Positions 57,401 to 64,000 of a stretch of 64,000 bases of DNA are shown in pieces. Position 1 is the first letter of the stretch, and each line of letters starts with the position of its first letter. The stretch lies in IMG/VR virus record IMGVR_UViG_3300028840_002190; one strand, written 5' to 3'. A program made the translations under genes and the position numbers. This DNA comes from a virus. Below the pieces are notes generated by a model, which saw only the letters and a program-made list of their open reading frames with translations, was not told the origin of the DNA and did no database searches.

Positions 57401-57655
57401 ATGCCAGCAAACAAAAAACCCTGTGGTACGTGTAAATTCATGTGGCCTCTGCAAAAGGGAATGCGAGGAGGGAAGACCTCCTCTCTTACTCGAGGTCACT
57501 GTTTAAAGCGTAGCGTCTTCCCGAAGAACCGTCCAGGCAACCACGTATACCCCCCGGGAGCCATCGTGAAAGATACGCCCAACAACACCATCCAACCTTA
57601 CATTGTACGGACGGATGAGGTTGTTGAACACTGCACCACTCACGAGGAGCGGTAA
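57401..57655 (+). CDS. Small Cys-containing hypothetical protein
   Basis: CGTCKF...HC...HC; GAGGG RBS. Confidence 0.65.
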   Translation: MPANKKPCGTCKFMWPLQKGMRGGKTSSLTRGHCLKRSVFPKNRPGNHVYPPGAIVKDTPNNTIQPYIVRTDEVVEHCTTHEER

Positions 57656-57656
57656 G

Positions 57657-58007
57657 ATGAATGATCGAACCATCACGATTCCTGACGGAGAAGGCAACAT
57701 GGTAGCAGTAGAAGCTACCGACGTACGACAAACAAACTCACAAGCAGCAGAGAAGGGTTTGAAGAATGCTCGCGCAGATGATTTCTTCATCCGCATCGGA
57801 CACTGTACAGAAGCCCTCCACAAATTCCTCAAGGCCTACATCGTAGACTACGGTTTGACGCAAGAAGAAGCCATCGCCGCCGTCTACCTGATGAACATTA
57901 ACAACCGAGAGTTCGCCCCTGACGGTACCGAAAACTGGGGAGAATACTACGACGGCGTCTGTAAGCACGTGTGGGACTGGTTCCAGAAGCACAAAGAAGA
58001 AGCTTAA
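57657..58007 (+). CDS. Hypothetical protein
   Basis: GAGGAG RBS; ATG at 57657. Confidence 0.65.
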   Translation: MNDRTITIPDGEGNMVAVEATDVRQTNSQAAEKGLKNARADDFFIRIGHCTEALHKFLKAYIVDYGLTQEEAIAAVYLMNINNREFAPDGTENWGEYYDGVCKHVWDWFQKHKEEA

Positions 58008-58115
58008 GCTGGTAAAAGCTCTAGTAGACACTCTTTCTCTTCCTCCCTACAATTAAGTAATCACTGAAAATCGGCTGTGGGGGTTGGTTACGAATGCCGA
58101 TCAAGGAGGTCTTGT

Positions 58116-59003
58116 ATGCGAGTCCCAATTTCTTTAATGGTCATCACGTGCCTGCTAGTGCTCTTTTTTGGAATCTTTGCAGCACAACCGAGTAACTCGG
58201 AACCGGCTATACTAGAGACCTACCCGCCGGTCTGTGACGCCACCGACGTTTACGCGGACGCGCTCCCGCAAACACTATTCAATGTGGAAGAGATCCCCGC
58301 CGAGAAACCAGAAGTCCTGTTTCCCAAAGATGACGACGTCAAACTCATCGGAAGGCTGACGCGCGGCGTAAAGAAAATCGCCAAGAAGAAGGGTGGCGGT
58401 AACTGGTGGTACTGTGGGCGCATAGTGCAACCTGAGAAGGAAGATGACTTAGCCTTGGAGTGGGCGTACCGTATCGCCTACCTGGCGTGGGAGTACACAG
58501 ACCGAGGGAGTGATAACGGTATCACCATCAACCCCTGGGGTATCTTCGGGGTTATCTCTAACGAGACAGGGTTCGATAAGTGCGCACTCGGTCCGTGGCC
58601 CAGGAAATGGGCGTACGCCAACGGTACCATGAAGCAACGTGGCCGTTGCCTGTCCCACACCTATGCTGACATCAAGAAGACCATGACACACCCTCGGGGC
58701 ATAGAGCGCTGGAAGACAGCCGGTATCGACGCAGCGCCCCTCCACCAGCTGTGGAGGTGTAATGAAAAAGGGATGTGTAAGCCGAAATTCAACAGTCGTG
58801 ACCCCCTCCCGCCCATCACGCTAGATGAAGTCTTCTCCCTCGGTAAAGGATTCGAGTACGGCGTGAGGAAGATGAAGAAGGACTCCATAGACTTCAAGAC
58901 TGACCGCCCATGGATGTACTGGCCAGGATACCGGTCCGAGAGATACGACAAGAAGGTCGTCCGCTGGGCTCGCATGGGAGGAGCCACAGAGGAAGAGATC
59001 TGA
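58116..59003 (+). CDS. Secreted/membrane-anchored lysozyme-like (SLT-type) protein
   Basis: AAGGAGGT RBS; N-terminal hydrophobic signal; GIFGVISNETGF with candidate catalytic Glu; WMYWPG..YDKKV C-terminus. Confidence 0.5.
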   Translation: MRVPISLMVITCLLVLFFGIFAAQPSNSEPAILETYPPVCDATDVYADALPQTLFNVEEIPAEKPEVLFPKDDDVKLIGRLTRGVKKIAKKKGGGNWWYCGRIVQPEKEDDLALEWAYRIAYLAWEYTDRGSDNGITINPWGIFGVISNETGFDKCALGPWPRKWAYANGTMKQRGRCLSHTYADIKKTMTHPRGIERWKTAGIDAAPLHQLWRCNEKGMCKPKFNSRDPLPPITLDEVFSLGKGFEYGVRKMKKDSIDFKTDRPWMYWPGYRSERYDKKVVRWARMGGATEEEI

Positions 59004-59153
59004 CACACTAGGCCGCATATATGCGAATTCTCCCTGTTACAGGGAGGGCCTTTCGCAGCCCCCTTCGGGGGCTCGAGGGACTGAGCTCGTAACGCGTTTC
59101 CACCGTTCTGATGATGAAGCGCGCTAAAGACCCGAGAGTGACAGCTAGTGCGT
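59003..59153 (+). ncRNA. Retron-like ncRNA unit A (locus 2)
   Basis: a1 ACACACTAG (59003-11) + G59012; stem-loop CTCCCTG-TTA-CAGGGAG; AG + a2 CTAGTGCGT (59145-53), 8 of 9 pairs. Confidence 0.6.
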
Positions 59154-59168
59154 ATTTACCGGAGGGGA

Positions 59169-59311
59169 CCCTAACCACTGGGCACTTTTTCACGACCAGC
59201 GTGAATCACGGAGATACTCTGTGGGCCTTCTCGCGAGCTCCGAGCAGCTCGCGTAGGTCAAGTACTGTCCGCCGGACCAGGTCCGGGCGGCCAGGAATCC
59301 AGCCAGCAGGG
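59169..59311 (+). ncRNA. Retron-like ncRNA unit B (locus 2)
   Basis: ...CCACTGG + G59182; TTCACG/CGTGAA stem; CACGGAG-ATA-CTCTGTG; two hairpins; AG + CCAGCAGGG (a1/a2 pairing is only 4+4 bp). Confidence 0.5.
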
Positions 59312-59323
59312 AGGACCCCTCTC

Positions 59324-59488
59324 CTCACTGGGATCAATCAATGCAAATGAGAGAAGTCTCAGCTACTGAGACAGGGTCTCTTCTCGCTTCGCGAGAGAAG
59401 ACCATGGAAGCTCAGCTCGAGCTCGCCACCGACGGGCCCGAGGCGGAGCTGCAGGTGAAGAGCGATCACAAACAAACTAGCCAGTGAG
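59324..59488 (+). ncRNA. Retron-like ncRNA unit C (locus 2)
   Basis: a1 CTCACTGG (59324-31) + G59332; GTCTCAG-CTA-CTGAGAC; 13-bp hairpin 59375-59403; AG + a2 CCAGTGAG (59481-88), 8 of 8 pairs. Confidence 0.65.
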
Positions 59489-59499
59489 AAATCTATCAA

Positions 59500-59665
59500 G
59501 TTGCTTGGATGCGTTTACTAGGCGCAATTCCGAGGTACTCGGAAACGACGCGGCGCCGAGAGAGACTCGGCAGCACGCGTCGCCGGTGGTGGCCGCGGCT
59601 ATCACTGAAACTTGTCCTGGAGCAGCTCAGCTCGAGCAGGCGAACGTGGCGACACAGCAAGCAAC
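59500..59665 (+). ncRNA. Retron-like ncRNA unit D (locus 2)
   Basis: a1 GTTGCTTG (59500-07) + G59508; TGCGT/GCGCA stem; TTCCGAG-GTA-CTCGGAA; hairpins 59546-82 and 59585-606; AG + a2 CAAGCAAC (59658-65), 8 of 8 pairs. Confidence 0.65.
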
Positions 59666-59731
59666 GCTTTTCCCTTCAAAGAAGGCTTAAACTCTGTTAA
59701 CGTGGCTTAAGCTTTTAGAGGAGTACAATCC

Positions 59732-60061
59732 ATGGACGACGCAGACATCAAGTTCGGAAATCGTGAGGCACTCGTAGGGTACGTAGAGACGGATTCCGGA
59801 GGCATCGTCATCGCAGACGGTGTGTGGGGGGACGAGTTCCCTACTGTCTCCCAAGACCGCGTACACCTGAATCTCAATCTCGAAAAAGGACGCATACCCG
59901 TGTTCGGATTCTCTAAAGGCGGCAAACGCTACCTCTTACTGTCCCTCGACGACACTGAGGCTATCCCAGCCATCGAGGGAATTGTAGACGTGACGGACCT
60001 TCCTAAAGAGGAAAAAGGCAATGCGGATGCGGATCGTAGGGATCACCGGGAAGCAGAATAG
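59732..60061 (+). CDS. Hypothetical protein
   Basis: GAGGAG RBS; 109 aa; GYVETDSGGIVIAD. Confidence 0.7.
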   Translation: MDDADIKFGNREALVGYVETDSGGIVIADGVWGDEFPTVSQDRVHLNLNLEKGRIPVFGFSKGGKRYLLLSLDDTEAIPAIEGIVDVTDLPKEEKGNADADRRDHREAE

Positions 60062-60620
60062 TGGTAAGGACACGCTGGCAAGCGCGTTCATCGAAAATGA
60101 CTTTTTGAAGATGGCGTTTGCCGACCCGCTGAAAGACGTCATTCACCGGATGTTCAACATCCCCAAGACGGTGTTGTGGGGTCCTAGCGAAAACCGGGAT
60201 ACGCACACACGGATGATCCTTCAGACTCTGGGGACAGATTACGCACGAGGTATCGACCCTGAAGTCTGGATCAAACGGACTACGGAGAGGATCCGAGAAG
60301 TAGCTACTCGACGACGAGATCCTCTCGAGCGATGCGTCGTCCCTTTAGGGGACAAAGAGCTACGCATAGTGGTTCCGGACGTCCGGTTCTCGAACGAAGC
60401 GGAAGCCCTCAGAAACTTCGCCCCTGACGCCGTACTGATTCGAGTCCACCGACCAGACTCCGAAGAAGGAAAAGCAGTGGAGACCTGCACGCACATTTCA
60501 GAAACGGAAATGGACACCATCCCTTCTGAGATGTACAAGTACGACTTGCAGAACGTAGGGACACTCGAAGAGTTTCAGACCGCTGCACGAGATGTAGTGC
60601 GTAAGGTACTCGCGTCATGA
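60021..60620 (+). CDS. Deoxynucleoside monophosphate kinase
   Basis: GITGKQNSGKDT, FADPLK, RMILQTLGTD, DVRFSNE, HISE. Confidence 0.9.
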   Translation: MRMRIVGITGKQNSGKDTLASAFIENDFLKMAFADPLKDVIHRMFNIPKTVLWGPSENRDTHTRMILQTLGTDYARGIDPEVWIKRTTERIREVATRRRDPLERCVVPLGDKELRIVVPDVRFSNEAEALRNFAPDAVLIRVHRPDSEEGKAVETCTHISETEMDTIPSEMYKYDLQNVGTLEEFQTAARDVVRKVLAS

Positions 60621-61162
60621 CAGATGAACGCTACGTAACGCTTGACGCCCTCCTCCCCCGTGACCCCGATCCCGGAGAAATCTTCGAGATGCCAGAGGGG
60701 CAGGTGGGGGGAGCCTCGACCATGAATTTCGTCTACGCCGGGGGGAACTGTGTCGGACATACGGCGCAGTTCGCTAGAGTCGCCAACGTAAGCGGCTGTT
60801 CTTTTTTGGGTCGGACAGTTACGTCCCACCCCTTAGTACGCGGCATGCAAGTCCGCGTCCTCAGCGAACAGTTCACTTTCAAGTCCTTGATGTTCGTGGA
60901 GTACTTCGGCTGGCTAGTCCACACATACAATCCAAAACCTCAAGTTTTACTTGACGCAAAATTTAAGGTTTTACACGCAATACCAATGAGGAAACCGGAT
61001 AGCACCCTATACACGTATGACCGCGTGTGTCTGGAAAAATACAAGGAGGAGACTGATGCAAGGACCGCCAATGGGAATGCCGCCGGGACTCACACCCCAG
61101 ATGCTTCAACAGATGCAGCGGCAGATGCAAGAGCAGCAACAACAACACCAGCAGCAAAGTGA
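60617..61162 (+). CDS. Hypothetical protein
   Basis: ATGA coupling to the kinase; low-complexity tail overlaps the next gene. Confidence 0.65.
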   Translation: MTDERYVTLDALLPRDPDPGEIFEMPEGQVGGASTMNFVYAGGNCVGHTAQFARVANVSGCSFLGRTVTSHPLVRGMQVRVLSEQFTFKSLMFVEYFGWLVHTYNPKPQVLLDAKFKVLHAIPMRKPDSTLYTYDRVCLEKYKEETDARTANGNAAGTHTPDASTDAAADARAATTTPAAK

Positions 61163-61913
61163 AGAGAAGAAAGTACAGAACCGTGCACAGGCCAAGGAAC
61201 AAGCAAACCCTCTCCCGAGCGGGCGTGACGGACTGAAGAGCCTACGCGCTTTAGCAGAGTGTCCGATCCCTGATGAAGCCGCCAACGTCAAGAACCTACT
61301 CGACAAGATGCTCAAGCTCGAACTCGACAACGTTGACGAGCAGATGCAAATCGTCGGAGAGGGTATCGCCTCCGTCATCATGGCGGATACGTACTGTGCA
61401 AAATACAAGACCAAGCGACCCGTGGTGCGCTTCGAAGACGACGAGGAGATCCAGGAGCACCACAAAAACTTCCACGAGCTCGGAGAGAAGCTTCAGGCCC
61501 TCCAAATGGAACTCACGGAAGTAGCGCAAGCGGTACAAGAGGCCAAGAAAGGTCGCTGGGAAACCTCCGTCAAGAAATTCGGTCTAGCACCTGAGAAGTT
61601 CACATACGAGCTGGACGAGGAAGAAGGTGTTATCTACCTGGTGGACCTGAAGTGTAACGAGTGCTCAGGGCGTACTCGGGTGCGGAAAGCTCGCCAAGAA
61701 GTAGCTGACCGTCTCGTTGAGTTCGAGCGGGATGCTAAGAAGGAGAAGAATGATGACAGAACAGGAGAGGGAGACGCTGCATCTACAGCACCGGAAGGAC
61801 ATGCTGAAGAGCGCGGAGAAGTCAGCGGTTCAAAGCAAGAAGTTCCTGGCGTGGCTGATCAGCCAGATACTCCTAGCGACGATGGCGATAACGGCGCTGC
61901 TGAAACAGACTAG
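61056..61913 (+). CDS. Hypothetical coiled-coil protein with Gln-rich N-terminus
   Basis: AAGGAGGA RBS before ATG 61056; MQGPPMGMPPG...QQQQHQQQ; heptad-rich middle. Confidence 0.7.
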   Translation: MQGPPMGMPPGLTPQMLQQMQRQMQEQQQQHQQQSEEKKVQNRAQAKEQANPLPSGRDGLKSLRALAECPIPDEAANVKNLLDKMLKLELDNVDEQMQIVGEGIASVIMADTYCAKYKTKRPVVRFEDDEEIQEHHKNFHELGEKLQALQMELTEVAQAVQEAKKGRWETSVKKFGLAPEKFTYELDEEEGVIYLVDLKCNECSGRTRVRKARQEVADRLVEFERDAKKEKNDDRTGEGDAASTAPEGHAEERGEVSGSKQEVPGVADQPDTPSDDGDNGAAETD

Positions 61914-62139
61914 CGCAGGACTAGGCTGGGACCTCGCGGCGTTCATGGTAGGTATCGTCTTTGGGATGGTCGTCTCAACGATGTACTACCTGGGCAAGCA
62001 GGCTGCAGCCGATATCGCCGTCCGCGGCTTCGCCATGGTGGGGAAGATAGCAGGGCTCGCGGGAACTGCGATTAGCAATCTCACGAACTCGGAGACAAAA
62101 AAAGACGGGGATGAAGAATCCCCGCCTTCTGAAGACTAA
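61750..62139 (+). CDS. Two-transmembrane protein, holin-like
   Basis: AAGGAG RBS; two hydrophobic helices and a charged C-terminus. Confidence 0.55.
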   Translation: MMTEQERETLHLQHRKDMLKSAEKSAVQSKKFLAWLISQILLATMAITALLKQTSAGLGWDLAAFMVGIVFGMVVSTMYYLGKQAAADIAVRGFAMVGKIAGLAGTAISNLTNSETKKDGDEESPPSED

Positions 62140-62753
62140 CCACGTCTCCGCACCACAAACGTCACCAGAACCTCCGACCACTTCTCGAACTCGAACCGCT
62201 CCAACTCAGACACTGAGCACCATTGCGTCTCTGCGATCTCCTCGTTATGAGAGATAGCGTCCGGGTCCCCGTGGTAAGTCGCCTGGCGTACCACTCCGAA
62301 GTGTACCCGATCCACGGGAGTGTCCTCGAGGTAGAGGAAGCCCAACGTCACAGGAGCGTCGTAGGGATCGTGAAACGTCAACTCCTCTTGGAGCTCCCGA
62401 TTCGTCGCCAAGTCTATCATCCGAAGACGTCCGAGACGGTCGTCCGAAGGATTGATGTGTCCCCCGAAACCCAGGGACCACTTCCCTGAGAGGCGAGAAT
62501 CTCCGCCCTTATCAGCTCTCCGGTACACCAGGACCCTGTCGTGTAGAGGGTCGTAAACGTAGGTGTATGGGATGATTTGTTTCCACTTCTCGTCCTCCTC
62601 CACCTCCGACCTGTCCTTGAACGCCACACACATATCGAGAGTCATCTGGAACTGTTGAAAGTCAATCTCCGTATCGGTGTAACCGGGGAGATTCTCAAAG
62701 TGCTCCACCGTAGCTGCAGGGAAAACAGCCACCCGCTCTTTTTTGGTTTCCAT
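62136..62753 (-). CDS. NUDIX-family phosphoesterase
   Basis: KQIIPY, GFGGHIN, RELQEEL; GGAGG RBS. Confidence 0.85.
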   Translation of the reverse strand: METKKERVAVFPAATVEHFENLPGYTDTEIDFQQFQMTLDMCVAFKDRSEVEEDEKWKQIIPYTYVYDPLHDRVLVYRRADKGGDSRLSGKWSLGFGGHINPSDDRLGRLRMIDLATNRELQEELTFHDPYDAPVTLGFLYLEDTPVDRVHFGVVRQATYHGDPDAISHNEEIAETQWCSVSELERFEFEKWSEVLVTFVVRRRG

Positions 62754-62762
62754 ACGTCCTCC

Positions 62763-63425
62763 TCAGGTGTGCATATCCACGTAGATGATGGCGCAATCCT
62801 TAGTGTCGGGTCCGTCGTTATCCCGAAGATCGAAACAACGATAGTCATAGTACGACGTGTCGTACTGTCTAGTAAAGGGCGCCACTTGGGACTCTAACAA
62901 CGCCGAGAACGCAGTCTGTCGCTGTTTAAAGGTATACCAGTCGTCATTCGACCCGATGGTCGAACGGTCTTCACGCCACTTCGTCAGTTCTACAAACATC
63001 TTTCCCGACATTTGCATGTACTGCCAAGCCAGCTGTGAAGGTATCTCTTTGAGGATGTAGGCCAGGAGCTCATCACGGGTCATCGCGTCCAACAGCTTCT
63101 CTTCTTTCGAAGTCTTCATCCCAGGAATAAACACCAGAGATGTGCCGCTCAACAGCACTGAGTTCTGAAAAATCCCGATAGAAAGTCGCATTGCGATTTC
63201 CCACGTTAGAGTCTTGAGCTCTCCTTCAGAAGGCCCCTTCGCAGTGTCGTAGAGGTGGGTCTCACCTTCATCGGTAACTCCGCAAAGAATTGTATACCAG
63301 TTGTTCTCGTCTCCTACCCTGTCCGCATGATCATGTACCTGGTCTTCCCAGAACTCCCACTTCTCTGATGCGGCGTCTACCGCGTCTTGTTTACTGACCA
63401 AAAACAGACATATCGAATGTGCCAC
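62763..63425 (-). CDS. Hypothetical protein
   Basis: 220 aa; GGAGG RBS before a GTG start. Confidence 0.65.
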   Translation of the reverse strand: MAHSICLFLVSKQDAVDAASEKWEFWEDQVHDHADRVGDENNWYTILCGVTDEGETHLYDTAKGPSEGELKTLTWEIAMRLSIGIFQNSVLLSGTSLVFIPGMKTSKEEKLLDAMTRDELLAYILKEIPSQLAWQYMQMSGKMFVELTKWREDRSTIGSNDDWYTFKQRQTAFSALLESQVAPFTRQYDTSYYDYRCFDLRDNDGPDTKDCAIIYVDMHT

Positions 63426-63519
63426 AACTACGTCCTCCGGTAGTTAGAGTTAGGGTACTCTTTCATGTACCATTCTAAGCTGTATAATTAGGTGTGGCCG
63501 CCAAGAGAGGCGGAATACA

Positions 63520-64000
63520 ATGACTGTGGCTAGTAGCAGATTCATACGACTGGCGTCCTACTTCGAGGCTAAACACGACGTAAGGATCCGGTCCAAAGAC
63601 ACTGATCGTGGGGCGTGGGAACTTCTCAACCTATTGTGGAGAGGTATCACTTTCGGGCACGGCAAAAACTTACTGAAAAACTACGTGATGACCGTGGGCC
63701 GTACGATCTACTTTCCGCTGGGGTGGACACAGGAATCCGCGGATGATGAAGACTACATCATACTCTGTCACGAACTCAAACACATCGAGCAGTACCGGAC
63801 CCTGGGATTTGGAAGTGAAAAACTAGGATTCGCCATCTTCGCTCTCCTATACCTCCTAGTCCCTCTCCCCCTCGGACTGGCATGGTTCCGCTACGCATTC
63901 GAAAGAGCTGCCTACCTCGAAAGCTACAAGGCCGCTAAGGACCTAGGACTCTCCCCCAAAATTGACTATTATGTAGGTATCCTGAGCGGTGTTACGTATT
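63520..64000 (+). CDS. HExxH zinc-metallopeptidase-like membrane protein, 3'-truncated
   Basis: Own translation: MTVASSRF...VMTVGRTIYFP...LCHELKHIEQY...hydrophobic segment...FERAAY; open to the window end; TATAAT at 63483. Confidence 0.7.
   Translation, partial: MTVASSRFIRLASYFEAKHDVRIRSKDTDRGAWELLNLLWRGITFGHGKNLLKNYVMTVGRTIYFPLGWTQESADDEDYIILCHELKHIEQYRTLGFGSEKLGFAIFALLYLLVPLPLGLAWFRYAFERAAYLESYKAAKDLGLSPKIDYYVGILSGVTY

Noticed and set aside
59341-59690. 48-aa (59341-59487) and 68-aa (59484-59690) ORFs spanning units C and D
   Set aside because: No RBS or motif, and the sequence is fully explained by hairpins. Not formally excluded; ribosome profiling would settle it.
59003-59720. tmRNA, RNase P RNA or group I intron
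   Set aside because: No GGGG..CCACCA tRNA-like ends or recognisable P4 core were seen, no gene is interrupted, and the structure is modular rather than a single fold.
63788-63796. Fifth AGCAGTACC copy
   Set aside because: It lies inside a coding sequence with no following hairpin; about one chance hit is expected in 64 kb.
1-64000. Alternative genetic code, integrase or prophage boundary
   Set aside because: Long ORFs end normally at TAA, TAG and TGA; no recombinase or host housekeeping block was seen.

Overview
This window is a 64-kb segment of a large, contractile-tailed (myovirus-type) dsDNA phage genome. It uses the standard genetic code and is densely coding. A replication block (Cas4/RecB-like nuclease, primase-helicase, family A DNA polymerase with an N-terminal UDG-like domain) is followed by the terminase large subunit and a MoxR AAA+/VWA pair. 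Next come a four-gene operon containing a retron-type reverse transcriptase, RuvC, a class II ribonucleotide reductase and a ~30-kb minus-strand tail/baseplate operon. That operon carries fibres, baseplate J/gp25/hub, an amidase, a sigma factor, a glycoside hydrolase, the tape measure protein and a frameshifted tail chaperone. The window ends with a mostly plus-strand block of UDG, DinG, dNMP kinase and small genes, plus a minus-strand NUDIX gene. I found no tRNA, rRNA, CRISPR array, integrase or recognisable capsid gene. The main observation concerns the RT, which has no adjacent msr-msd RNA. The two long intergenic regions (6800-7395 and 59003-59665) both break down into retron-ncRNA-like modules with a shared signature: an a1 arm followed by an unpaired G, a stem-loop capped by G-NUA-C, long hairpins, then AG and an a2 arm complementary to a1. 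Locus 1 is one msr-like head followed by a repeat/hairpin array with four identical a2 copies (AGCAGTACC). Locus 2 is four tandem, self-contained units, each with its own a1/a2 pair. The inference is a multi-template phage retron-like system acting in trans. All base-pairing was read by eye and all protein calls come from motifs; no searches or folding were run.
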